Source: Patescibacteria group bacterium
GTDB lineage: Bacteria > Patescibacteriota > Minisyncoccia > Phycocordibacterales > Phycocordibacteraceae
Reading direction: 5' to 3'
Assembly (NCBI GenBank): GCA_013815345.1
Contig: JACDGK010000004.1
Location: 10,361-74,360, forward strand
DNA: 64,000 bases
In this document: one piece after another, positions 10,211 to 19,572 of the stretch
Numbering within the stretch: position 1 is the stretch's first letter
Layout of the letters: the number at the start of each line of letters is the position of its first letter
The notes under the pieces: generated by a model
The model's input: the letters and a program-made list of their open reading frames with translations, nothing else
Databases searched by the model: none
What the model was told of the DNA's origin: nothing
Position numbers and translations under genes: made by a program

Positions 10211-11686
10211 ATGGATATATGGAATTCGCTGACGGCACTCAGTCCTCTCGACGGCCGTTATCGCTCAAAGGTTCAGGAACTGTATCCGTATTTCAGTGAG
10301 TACGGACTCATACGGTATCGTCTCATGGTCGAGATCGAGTATCTGATCGCACTATCCGACCATCCGCACATTCCGCTCCGGCCTTTTACGGAAAACGAAC
10401 GACTGGATCTGCGCGCGTTGTGGAACATTTCACCCAATACCGCGCAGCTCATCAAGGACATCGAAACGAGAGGGTACGGGCCCTATACAACGGGTACGAA
10501 CCACGACGTGAAAGCCATCGAGCTCTATCTTCGGATGAAGCTGGCTGACACTTCGCTCAGTGATGTTCTTGAGTGGATTCACATCTGTCTGACTTCAGAA
10601 GACGTGAACAACTTCGCCTATGCGCTTATGCTGCATGGCGCGATTGCCGGTCCGATGGGTGAATCTCTCAATCTCATGGTGGAGCGGATCGATCAGCTCG
10701 CGAAACAGTATGCGAATGTCGCAATGTTGGCGCGTACGCACGGACAAGCGGCAACACCCACCACGCTCGGGAAAGAGTTGAATGTGTTCGATAAGCGTCA
10801 GATCGAACAGCTGCTGCAGTACCATCTTAGCGTGAAGCTGAACGGTGCAAGTGGCAACTACAATGCTTTCGAAGTCGCTTTTCCGCGTGTCGGCTGGATT
10901 CAATTTTCAGAGAAGTTTGCGCGACGCTTCGACAAGTTCGACGACGGTCTTCCGTTCGAGGTGAATTACGTTACGACGCAGATCGAGTCCCACGACACCT
11001 ACGCTGAGCTCTTTGATATTCTCAGGCGGATCAATAGCATTGGTCTCGATTTCTGTCAGGACATCTGGCGGTACGTGAGCGACAATTGGTTGGTCCAAAA
11101 GCCGAAAGAAGGGGAGGTCGGCTCCTCGACCATGCCGCACAAGGTCAATCCGATTGACTTCGAGAATGCCGAAGGCAACTTCGGCATAGCGAATGCACTG
11201 CTTGAGTTCTTCAGCAGAAAATTGCTGATCTCGCGCCTTCAGCGTGATCTCTCGGATTCGACGGTTGAACGCAACTTCGGCGTCGCGTTCGCATATTCTT
11301 TGCTCGGTTATAAATCTCTTCAAGCCGGTCTCAGAAAAGTGAGTGCAAACCAGGTCGCGATAGATGAGTACCTTGAAACTCACCCAGAAGTGATTACCGA
11401 GGCATACCAGACGATCCTCCGGCGTGAAAACTATCCCAATGCGTACGATGCTCTCAAGAGCCTTGCGCGCGGGAAGAAGATCGCACGGGAAGACCTGGAG
11501 AATTTCGTCCACGCTCTCCCGGTCTCTAACGAGGTGAAAGAAGAGATGCTCGCGATCACGCCCGCCAATTACATCGGTTTGTCAGCACGCTGGCGAGAAT
11601 GTGACGTCCCGAAAAATATTGTAAAGGGACAAAAGCAGCAAGCCGCTCCGGCAACGGAGCGGCTTTTTCTTTGTTCATCGTATTAA
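10211..11686 (+). CDS. purB: Adenylosuccinate lyase (fumarate-lyase family) with ~30 aa C-terminal extension
   Basis: The N-terminus LSPLDGRYRSKV and the fumarate-lyase signature GSSTMPHKVNPIDFENAEGN are present. Confidence 0.9.
   Translation: MDIWNSLTALSPLDGRYRSKVQELYPYFSEYGLIRYRLMVEIEYLIALSDHPHIPLRPFTENERLDLRALWNISPNTAQLIKDIETRGYGPYTTGTNHDVKAIELYLRMKLADTSLSDVLEWIHICLTSEDVNNFAYALMLHGAIAGPMGESLNLMVERIDQLAKQYANVAMLARTHGQAATPTTLGKELNVFDKRQIEQLLQYHLSVKLNGASGNYNAFEVAFPRVGWIQFSEKFARRFDKFDDGLPFEVNYVTTQIESHDTYAELFDILRRINSIGLDFCQDIWRYVSDNWLVQKPKEGEVGSSTMPHKVNPIDFENAEGNFGIANALLEFFSRKLLISRLQRDLSDSTVERNFGVAFAYSLLGYKSLQAGLRKVSANQVAIDEYLETHPEVITEAYQTILRRENYPNAYDALKSLARGKKIAREDLENFVHALPVSNEVKEEMLAITPANYIGLSARWRECDVPKNIVKGQKQQAAPATERLFLCSSY
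11641..11674 (+). terminator. Intrinsic terminator hairpin AGCCGCTCCG-GCAA-CGGAGCGGCT followed by TTTTTCTTTG, located inside the last codons of the purB ORF
   Basis: Perfect 10 bp stem with a GNRA-like loop and a T-run. It overlaps the codons for ...AAPATERLFLCSSY*. Confidence 0.55.
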
Positions 11687-12135
11687 TAAAATGTCTTAAA
11701 TTCTGCAGGAGAGACAGAAGTCACCGAAAGTCGACTGCCCGGTTGCAGAATCTTCATCGAGCGGAGTTCTGAGCTCTCGCGGATTTGCACAATGGTAACG
11801 GGTTCTTTGAATTTCTGTACGAATGCGATATCTACAGCAAGCCACACCGGTTTCTCTTTCGTTGCGCGTGGTTCGTAGTGGTAATCCTTTTTATCAAACT
11901 GGGTCGGGTCAGGGTAGGGAGCTGAGACGACCTTGGCGATGCCATACACTCCCGTGACTTTGCAGCTCGAGTGGTAAAAAAGCACTTGGTCACCAATCTT
12001 CATCTCACGGATATAGTTACGTGCTTGGAAGTTACGAATGCCGGTCCATGCCGTTTTCTTGTCGACCTTAAGATGATCGATGCTATAGCTTTCCGGCTCG
12101 GATTTGATAAGCCAGTAGTTCGGTGCTGATTTCAT
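11683..12135 (-). CDS. EVE domain (PUA-like) protein
   Basis: 150 aa. The N-terminus NYWLIKSEPESYSIDHL...DQVLFYHSS is typical of standalone EVE/PUA-like proteins. Confidence 0.85.
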   Translation of the reverse strand: MKSAPNYWLIKSEPESYSIDHLKVDKKTAWTGIRNFQARNYIREMKIGDQVLFYHSSCKVTGVYGIAKVVSAPYPDPTQFDKKDYHYEPRATKEKPVWLAVDIAFVQKFKEPVTIVQIRESSELRSMKILQPGSRLSVTSVSPAEFKTFY

Positions 12136-12477
12136 GTTTATAAGTATATAGGAAACAGTCAGCGACCCGTATAAAACGAGTCGCTATAGTGTAGGCGAAC
12201 ATCAACCGTTGGGATTTTGCGTGCCTCAAATTCTTTGCCAAAAACAGATTTTCCATCCCCATGAATAGAAGCGTACTTTGGCGCCGATAAAGCGGCTACG
12301 TCCTGCCGAGGCGCTATGGTGGATAGTGCGCTAGGACCGGCCAGTTGATTTCGCTTTCCCAGATACGACACATTATCTTTGCTATTTTTAGAGCCGTTTT
12401 GGGAGTTATCCTCAAAAATAGTAGCATCCGTGAGGCCATTCTAAAAAATCATAATTATTTTATCTTGCCACTGTATA

Positions 12478-13005
12478 GTGCGGCTCGCGAATAAAAGAAA
12501 AATCGAAAATAATTATGCTTTCATTGATGGTCAGAACTTGAACGTAAGTATTCGTGCTCTTGGCTGGCGTCTGGATTTTAAACGTTTCAGAATCTATCTT
12601 TATGAAAAATACGCTATCACCAAGGCCTTTATATTTATTGGATATATACCAGGCAACGAAACCCTCTACACATTCCTTCAAAGTGTTGGCTATATTTGCA
12701 TTTTTAAACCCACTCTAAAAGTTAGAGGCAAGAGAGTAAAGGGAAATGTTGATACGGAGCTAGTCCTGCATGCCATGATTGAGTATCAGAATTATGATCA
12801 AGCAATAATTGTATCTGGTGACGGAGACTTCTTTTGCCTGGCAGAATATCTGTTGAAAGAAGGCAAGTTACTAAGAATACTCATTCCAAACGAACATCGT
12901 TACTCAAGTTTACTTAAGCGCCTTAATTCAACCAATAAAGATGCCCTCGACTTCATAAGTCGTTTAAAGATTCAACTTGAATACAAAAAGAGATATTCAA
13001 AATGA
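12478..13005 (+). CDS. NYN domain (LabA/DUF88-like) predicted RNase
   Basis: The motifs FIDGQNL, DTELVLHAM and IIVSGDGDF match the NYN/LabA family. By my reading the start codon looks like a GTG. Confidence 0.8.
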   Translation: MRLANKRKIENNYAFIDGQNLNVSIRALGWRLDFKRFRIYLYEKYAITKAFIFIGYIPGNETLYTFLQSVGYICIFKPTLKVRGKRVKGNVDTELVLHAMIEYQNYDQAIIVSGDGDFFCLAEYLLKEGKLLRILIPNEHRYSSLLKRLNSTNKDALDFISRLKIQLEYKKRYSK

Positions 13006-13096
13006 AAAGGGCCGCCAGCAGGACGGAACCTGAAGGAGACCCAATTCGTCTGATTACTTGGGTATTTTATTCTTCCTTCATTGAGAAGTCAATGCG

Positions 13097-16000
13097 ATGC
13101 AGGAGAATTTTATGAAATCCAGTACAATGGGAGTAATGGCAGCTCCAGGTACCACCGAAGAATACGAAGTTGCATACGCGCGAATGAATGCGGAGCAGAA
13201 AGAGGCCGTTGAGACTATTGATGGACCGGTCTTCGTGATTGCGGGTCCGGGGACGGGGAAGACACAGATACTCACGCTGCGTATTGCAAATATTCTTCGA
13301 CGGACTGATACCCCTCCTGAGACCATCCTCGCGCTCACCTTTACCGAGGCAGGAGCGAATGAGATGCGCAGTCGCCTGGCAAAGATGATCGGTACGCGCG
13401 GACACAAAGTGCGCATTCATACTTTTCATGGATTCGCGGAGTCGCTTATCTCCAGATACCCGGACGCATTTAGCCGAATTGTGGGGGGAGAGATTGCCAC
13501 AGACGTTGAGCGGGCAGAGATGCTCGATGAAGCAATTTTGAATACGACGGTGCAATATCTTCGACCTTTTGGTGACCCACTCTACTATCACTACGAAGCT
13601 TCTCGCACGATCTCGACGATGAAGCGTGAGAATGTTACGCCGGAAGTCTTGGCCCAAAAGATCGCGATTGCCGAGCAGGAATACGAAGCCATCCCTGAGA
13701 AAGTGCACACAAAAGGGAAATACGAAGGAAAGCTGAAAGGTGAATATGAATCATTGCAAAAGAAAATTGCAAAGACGCGGGACTTGCTCGCGGTGTATGA
13801 AGCATACGAAGCGCAGCTCACCGAGCATCATCGCTATGACTACGAAGACGTGATTTTGGAGGCGGTGCGCGCGCTTACTACCGACGAAGGTTTTCGCAGG
13901 GAAGTGCAGGAGTCAATTTTCTATGTGCACGCGGATGAACATCAGGATGCGAACCGAGCGCAAAACGCGCTACTTGAATTGCTGGTCGAACATGACGAAC
14001 GTCCAAACCTTTTTGTATTGGGAGATGAAAAGCAGGCGATCTATCGTTTCCAAGGGGCGGACCTCGACAATGTGCACTACTTTCGTGAACGATTTCCGGA
14101 TACTAAGATAATCGCGCTCATTGCAAACTATCGCTCTCATCAGACGATTTTGGACAGCGCACTCTCTTTGATTGCAGCGTCGCCTGACACACGACTTTCA
14201 CGAGTGGCGTTGGTGGCGAGTAGCGAGGAAAGTGCCAAAAAGAATATAAAAGAGAAAAATGGTAAGGGTGATGTGATTGCTCCGATACGGCGTGTCGCTT
14301 GCGACACGCCGGCAGATGAAATGGACTTTCTCGCCGGAGAGATTCAGGGTCTCTTGAATGACGGCGTATCGACCGAAGAAATAGCCGTTTTAGTACGCCG
14401 AAATCAAGACGTTTCGTACGTCGCCGGCAGCCTTTCTGGCATGGGTATTCCGGTGGGTATGGGTACAGACAATGCGCTGCAGAATCGCTTCGTACGGGTC
14501 TTATGGAGGCTTCTGGAGGCCGTTGTGGAGCCAAAAGAGGAGAATTTAGGTGCCCTTTTCACCCTTCCTGGATTTGCTCTTTCTGGGGCTGATGTTTGGC
14601 GGATGATGGACTATGCCCGGAGGGAGAAGATGCCGGCGTTGAGCATTCTGGGCAATACCCGCATGCTTGAGGCCGCGAAGGTGCAGAATGTCGAGGGAGC
14701 TATGAAATTGAAGAGTACGCTCGATGAACTGAGTCGTTTAGCAGCAGTGGAGCGACCGGCCGTGGTAGCGCAAGCGGCGCTTGCCGCCACCGGCATGATG
14801 GACTCGATTCTGCTCGCAAGTGATCGAAGCGAAACGCTCGTAGCGATTCGCGAGCTCCTGGACTCATTCGAGGAACTCTCGCAACGCGAACACGATGCGC
14901 TTCTGCCTCGTGGTCTCGCACTTTTAAAACTCCATGAAAAGCGAAATTTGCCACTCACGCGAAAGGCACAAGAGACGCCAGGACTCGTGCGAGTGATGAC
15001 CGTGCATCGCGCGAAAGGGCGAGAGTTTGAATATGTATATGTGCCGGTGCTCACCGATCGTGCATGGTCCACTCGTAACCGGCCAGAGCATTTCTATCTG
15101 CCTGATATTCTCTCGGGAAGTGTCGAGCTCGAAGACGAACGCCGGCTTTTGTATGTGGCGATGACGCGCGCGAAGCGCGCGGTCACGCTTTCCTATGCCA
15201 CAACCCGTGAAGACGGCAGGGAAGAGATCGCGTGTGCACTGCTGGAAGAGATTGATCCAACACTTATAGCAGCGAGTGAGTGGCATTCGAGCGAAGTAAA
15301 AGATGATGCGGCACTTCTCGTGCAGCAAACAAAGCGTGCACAGAAAATGCTCAAACCACTTCACGAGCTTGAGCCCTCCACAGATGATCTCGATACGCTG
15401 CGTCGTGCATTCCTCGCATACGGCCTCTCACCAACTGGTTTTAATAATTACCTCCAGTGCTCCTGGAAATACTTTTATGTAAATCTTTTACGCATTCCAG
15501 AAGCAGAAAATAAATACATGCTGTATGGCACTGCGATTCATAAAGCTCTGAAAGCCTATGCCGACCGACGCACTCGGGGAGAAGATGTGCCGGTAACGTA
15601 CGCGATCGAAAATTTCAACATCGCACTCCGACGTGCACCACTTACCACGCGAGACATTGAAGAATTAAAAGTGAAAGGCACAAAAGCACTCACTGCATGG
15701 TGGACAGAACATCAGTCCTCATGGCCGGTAAAAACCGAATCAGAATTTGCGGTAGAGACGAGCATTATCCTAAACGACGGTATGTCACTCGCTCTACGTG
15801 GCAACATCGATCGCATGGACCCGCTTCCGGGAAGTGTCTTTTCTGTCGTCGACTATAAGACGGGGAAAGTGAGAAGCAAGAATGAGCTCATGGGGAAAAC
15901 GAAAGACGCCGACGGGAATTATTATCGACAGCTTATTTTCTATAAACTTCTTCTTGCAGGAGCTGATCCGTCGCGAGAAATGAGTGAAGGAATAATCGAA

Positions 16001-16183
16001 TTCGTCGAGCCCGATGAAGGTGGCAAAATCCGCTCGGAGAAGTTCGACATCTCAAAAGACGAAGTCACTCAGCTTGAATCGGACATTCGCAAAGCTGCCG
16101 ACGAAATCCTTACTCTCTCATTCTGGAACACTCCCTGCCCCGACGCAGAATGTGGTTGGTGCCCCTTCCGTTTTACAACTTAA
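13097..16183 (+). CDS. UvrD/PcrA-like superfamily-1 helicase fused to C-terminal PD-(D/E)xK RecB/Cas4-like nuclease with 4-Cys cluster (AddA/AdnB-like single-chain helicase-nuclease)
   Basis: Helicase motifs are Walker A VIAGPGTGKTQ, DExx ADEHQD and motif VI VAMTRAKRA. Nuclease motifs are GNIDRMD, VVDYKTGK and QLIFYKLL. Cysteines are C...CPDAECGWCPF. The true start may be a few codons downstream. Confidence 0.88.
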   Translation: MQENFMKSSTMGVMAAPGTTEEYEVAYARMNAEQKEAVETIDGPVFVIAGPGTGKTQILTLRIANILRRTDTPPETILALTFTEAGANEMRSRLAKMIGTRGHKVRIHTFHGFAESLISRYPDAFSRIVGGEIATDVERAEMLDEAILNTTVQYLRPFGDPLYYHYEASRTISTMKRENVTPEVLAQKIAIAEQEYEAIPEKVHTKGKYEGKLKGEYESLQKKIAKTRDLLAVYEAYEAQLTEHHRYDYEDVILEAVRALTTDEGFRREVQESIFYVHADEHQDANRAQNALLELLVEHDERPNLFVLGDEKQAIYRFQGADLDNVHYFRERFPDTKIIALIANYRSHQTILDSALSLIAASPDTRLSRVALVASSEESAKKNIKEKNGKGDVIAPIRRVACDTPADEMDFLAGEIQGLLNDGVSTEEIAVLVRRNQDVSYVAGSLSGMGIPVGMGTDNALQNRFVRVLWRLLEAVVEPKEENLGALFTLPGFALSGADVWRMMDYARREKMPALSILGNTRMLEAAKVQNVEGAMKLKSTLDELSRLAAVERPAVVAQAALAATGMMDSILLASDRSETLVAIRELLDSFEELSQREHDALLPRGLALLKLHEKRNLPLTRKAQETPGLVRVMTVHRAKGREFEYVYVPVLTDRAWSTRNRPEHFYLPDILSGSVELEDERRLLYVAMTRAKRAVTLSYATTREDGREEIACALLEEIDPTLIAASEWHSSEVKDDAALLVQQTKRAQKMLKPLHELEPSTDDLDTLRRAFLAYGLSPTGFNNYLQCSWKYFYVNLLRIPEAENKYMLYGTAIHKALKAYADRRTRGEDVPVTYAIENFNIALRRAPLTTRDIEELKVKGTKALTAWWTEHQSSWPVKTESEFAVETSIILNDGMSLALRGNIDRMDPLPGSVFSVVDYKTGKVRSKNELMGKTKDADGNYYRQLIFYKLLLAGADPSREMSEGIIEFVEPDEGGKIRSEKFDISKDEVTQLESDIRKAADEILTLSFWNTPCPDAECGWCPFRFTT

Positions 16184-16209
16184 ATAATCACAATAGGTGA
16201 TAAGAAAAA

Positions 16210-16244
16210 CCTCTCAGACCATCTGATCTGAGGGTTACCATTTG
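16210..16244 (-). terminator. Intrinsic terminator for the minus-strand membrane-protein gene (CCCTCAGATCAGATGGTCTGAGAGG then TTTTTCTT on minus strand)
   Basis: Imperfect hairpin followed by a T-run on the minus strand. The sequence is related to the terminator at 56281. Confidence 0.45.
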
Positions 16245-16269
16245 GCATATATATAGGTGAAGCTTCGTA

Positions 16270-16836
16270 TTACCCTTGTATGGGTACCCGCCCGAATTTT
16301 CGCAGAGTGAGCAAGACCATAACGACAGTCAGCACAGTGCACGAAGCAGGATAGAACCGCTCCGAAATACTCCAGTCCTTGCCGGCGATAGTCGATAGTC
16401 CGTTCACGATCGAGTAAGCGACCCAGAGCCACAGAGTGCTCTCTCGAGGCTTACGCCATATGTCCCAGACTTGGAGCAAGCCAGCGGTAATCACCGCGGC
16501 CGTTGAAATGATTGTGTCCATTACGGGACCTGATCGCCACCAAACAAAAATGGAAATCAGAACCAAGGACGAAGTGACCGTCTCGAGCCGAGTCCATTTG
16601 AATGTTCGAGACTTTAGAATCGCGACGCCGACCAGCGAGCACCCGAAGACGTACGCTGCTGGCAGAAGCCAGTTGCCTCCCTTCACGAAGATAGAAGCAG
16701 CCACGATGAAGTCGAGAAGCCCCCAGAGTAAAAAACTGGCGGCATTGAGTTGCATCTTTCCACGCCAAACTTGTATGGTAGTGGGAATATAGACCACTAC
16801 GGCCAGAGTGGCTGCAGCGAAAGCCAAAAGGTTCAT
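16270..16836 (-). CDS. Hypothetical polytopic membrane protein (~6 TM)
   Basis: 188 aa ORF with repeated hydrophobic segments. No family recognised. Confidence 0.6.
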   Translation of the reverse strand: MNLLAFAAATLAVVVYIPTTIQVWRGKMQLNAASFLLWGLLDFIVAASIFVKGGNWLLPAAYVFGCSLVGVAILKSRTFKWTRLETVTSSLVLISIFVWWRSGPVMDTIISTAAVITAGLLQVWDIWRKPRESTLWLWVAYSIVNGLSTIAGKDWSISERFYPASCTVLTVVMVLLTLRKFGRVPIQG

Positions 16837-16944
16837 CTAAACCTTCCTTCTTTCAGGGCTAGAGTTTTCTCAGAATAAATTACATTCTAAAATACTCTTT
16901 GTCAAGTTTACTGTAGAATTTTTTCCGATAATAACCAACTTTGT

Positions 16945-17661
16945 TTATTGATTCAAGACTTTAGCAATGGACTGATCGATGACTTGCTTCATGGCGTTGT
17001 ACGGGAGGCCGCCGGAGATGATGATGGGAGTCTGACCTTTTACGAGGAGCACACTATAAGGAGCTCCGGTCGCGCCAATGTCGAGGGCGTTTTGGTAATC
17101 AAGACCGACTCGTTTCTGGTAGGTGCGAGCATTGAGACAGGTGTCGAAGTCCGTCGTGGAGAGCCCGAGCGAAGATACGACTGCGTCATAATTTGCTGGA
17201 TCGAACTGATTCGTTCCGGAAGCAGCAGATTGAAGGGTATCGATAAATTTAAAAAATACACTCGTGCCGCCCTGTGAGGCGACGCACTCAGCAGCTTCAG
17301 CATGTTCCTCAGCATTGGCATCTTCGCCGATGAGAGGGAAGTGGCGATACACCCACGCTATGTTTCCTTGCGGGCCATAGATCTGCATGAGCTGCTCCAT
17401 GACTTTCTGAAACACTTTTGAATACTCGGAATCAATATCGGCGTATTCGATGACCACGACGGGTGCTGCAGGATTGCCTAACACATGGTCAGTGGCATCA
17501 ACGGGACGCACGCTCGTCGGATTACCGCTCTGCAGGAGTGTCGCACGGTGATGAATCGTATACACCGCAAAGGCGATGATAAGTCCGCCAATCAGAATAG
17601 CTCCAGGAATGAACCACTCACCACGCACTCTTTCTGACTTCCTTTTCGATTGAGGAGGCAT
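16945..17661 (-). CDS. Membrane-anchored DsbA-like thioredoxin-fold protein with degenerate active site (DSEY in place of CxxC)
   Basis: N-terminal TM anchor. The DsbA-family core VVVIEYADIDSEYSKVF...NIAWVYRHFPL...APYSVLLVKG is present. Its start overlaps the upstream exonuclease gene end. Confidence 0.65.
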   Translation of the reverse strand: MPPQSKRKSERVRGEWFIPGAILIGGLIIAFAVYTIHHRATLLQSGNPTSVRPVDATDHVLGNPAAPVVVIEYADIDSEYSKVFQKVMEQLMQIYGPQGNIAWVYRHFPLIGEDANAEEHAEAAECVASQGGTSVFFKFIDTLQSAASGTNQFDPANYDAVVSSLGLSTTDFDTCLNARTYQKRVGLDYQNALDIGATGAPYSVLLVKGQTPIIISGGLPYNAMKQVIDQSIAKVLNQ

Positions 17662-17673
17662 ACGTCAGAATTA

Positions 17674-18249
17674 TTAAAAAGGCAACGTGTGAGTCATCGA
17701 AGGAGCGGGGAGCGCCGTATTCCAAGTACTCGTATCAAGTTTGATATCGCGAATGTCGCGGAGATCTTTATATTTAAGAACGCCATTATGCATCGCGTAG
17801 TCGAAAAGTTCACGAGTAATACGCACGTCTTCGATGCAGTATGCGCGCACTTTTTCTACCAGACCTTGTGCCCACCATTCGATGGCTTTTAAGCCATCGC
17901 CACTTTTTCCTCGGCCAAGTGTAGCCTCGGCAAGTGTCTGAAGACGCAACCGTCTTCCTAATACTTTCTGAACTTCCACCATGAGATCGAGCGAGCGGAT
18001 TTTCGAAAGATCGCCGGAGTAGTAACGGTTCAAAATAGGAATATCAAAAAAGTCGGAGTTGTAACCAATCAACATGTCGGTGTTTTCGATAAGCGGCCAG
18101 AGCTTGGGTAATTCTTCTTTTGTATAGGAAGTGTACTCACCTGATTCCGAGTCATGCACGCCGACGATGGTGAGCTCCATAGATGAAAGATCATTCCGTG
18201 AGAGCGGTACGCTGCTCGAGGTTTCGATATCAAACGTAATTGCTTTCAT
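17674..18249 (-). CDS. DEDD-type 3'-5' exonuclease (DnaQ-like / RNase H-like fold)
   Basis: FDIETSS (Exo I), LIGYNSDFFDIPIL (Exo II) and YCIEDVRIT (Exo III) are present. Confidence 0.75.
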   Translation of the reverse strand: MKAITFDIETSSSVPLSRNDLSSMELTIVGVHDSESGEYTSYTKEELPKLWPLIENTDMLIGYNSDFFDIPILNRYYSGDLSKIRSLDLMVEVQKVLGRRLRLQTLAEATLGRGKSGDGLKAIEWWAQGLVEKVRAYCIEDVRITRELFDYAMHNGVLKYKDLRDIRDIKLDTSTWNTALPAPSMTHTLPF

Positions 18250-18256
18250 GAATTCC

Positions 18257-19516
18257 TTATTTTAATGCTGCTGGCACATCAGCTTTTGGCAATTCCTTTT
18301 CAGTACTCGCTGCAAGATTTTTCAATCGCACGGTACCTGAAGCAGCTTCTTCCTCGCCGAAGGCAAGGAAAGAGGGAATACCTCGACGAGATGCTTCCCG
18401 AATTTGATCGCTCAGCGTTTTGCTGGTGGCATTCACTAATACCCGCAATCCTTCCGTACGAAGCTCCTCTGCATACTTTTGTGCGTGACCGATGTCACTT
18501 TCTGCGGGTGTGCCTATAAAAAGATCGGCAGCAGAGCGTATTTCAGGCAGGTATTCGTGCGTACTAAGAAAATCGAGAAGGGTAACATCCCCTACGGCAA
18601 AACCGACACAAGGAATCGGCTCACCGCCAAACATCGCTATGAGCTGATCATACCGTCCGCCGCCAAAGAGGGAACGAGCATTTTCGGTGTTTGTGTCGAA
18701 TATTTCAAATACGGTGCCAGTGTAGTAATCGAAGCCGCGTACGATCTCGGGATCAAAAACAATATTCGTCATACCGCGGGCTTTAAAACCATCGATAAGT
18801 CCGACAAGTTGAGATTTTTCTTTTGCAACAGCAGGATCACTCTCGTTCGCTATAATTTTGAGTGGGTCTTCGCGATTATTGTCGAGCGCTGAGGAAAACT
18901 CCTCCGGCGTCATCTTGCTTTTGCGATCGAGCAGGTGGCTATAGCTACGAATAGCTTCGTCGGTCGTGTAGCCCGCTGCCCTACAGGCAGCGGTAAGAAG
19001 GGAGCGGGAGTTCACCCGAACAACAAAGTCAGTATTTTTCGCACCGAGTGCGCGAAGGAGCGTAGAGGCAATAACAATCATTTCTCCATCAGCTTTCATG
19101 TCAGAAATTCCTGCAAGGTCCACATTCAGCTGGTAGTGTTCGCGAAGACGGCCGCGTTGCGGGCGTTCATATCGGAAAACATTTGGAATAGAAAACCAAC
19201 GGAGTGGAAAAACGAGTTCGCGCCGTTTGCCCGCAACCATACGAGCAAAGGTTGGGGTCATTTCCGGACGGAGCGTTACCTTTCGATCGCCGCGGTCAAA
19301 AAAGCTATAGGTCTGCTCGTTGACGATTTCTTCGCTCGTTTTGTTTTCAAAAAGTTCGGAACGCTCGAGTGGCGATGCATTATATTCTTCGTACCCGTAG
19401 CTTTGGAGAGTAGTACGAAACGTATCAAAGACGCTCTGAAGTCGTGTCCAGTCTTCAGGGTAGAAATCACGCACTCCTTTATAGGGTTCTGTTGAAAGGG
19501 TCTCGCGTTCACTCAT
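18257..19516 (-). CDS. hisS: Histidine--tRNA ligase
   Basis: Contains the class II aaRS motifs, the HisRS-specific FRYERPQRGRLREHYQLNVD and the C-terminal anticodon-binding domain. Confidence 0.95.
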   Translation of the reverse strand: MSERETLSTEPYKGVRDFYPEDWTRLQSVFDTFRTTLQSYGYEEYNASPLERSELFENKTSEEIVNEQTYSFFDRGDRKVTLRPEMTPTFARMVAGKRRELVFPLRWFSIPNVFRYERPQRGRLREHYQLNVDLAGISDMKADGEMIVIASTLLRALGAKNTDFVVRVNSRSLLTAACRAAGYTTDEAIRSYSHLLDRKSKMTPEEFSSALDNNREDPLKIIANESDPAVAKEKSQLVGLIDGFKARGMTNIVFDPEIVRGFDYYTGTVFEIFDTNTENARSLFGGGRYDQLIAMFGGEPIPCVGFAVGDVTLLDFLSTHEYLPEIRSAADLFIGTPAESDIGHAQKYAEELRTEGLRVLVNATSKTLSDQIREASRRGIPSFLAFGEEEAASGTVRLKNLAASTEKELPKADVPAALK

Positions 19517-19572
19517 TATTTGAGTTTACCAGATGAACGCTGATTGAGTAGCTATAAAATGATGTTGCAGCA

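Noticed and set aside
12136-12477. 342 nt divergent intergenic region between the EVE and NYN genes (contains a 70 aa minus ORF 12159-12371 and several short hairpins); considered as a possible ncRNA or riboswitch
   Set aside because: I could recognise no conserved riboswitch, tRNA, 6S or SRP consensus by eye. The ORF lacks an RBS. It is most simply two divergent promoters with 5' UTRs. Left as unassigned.
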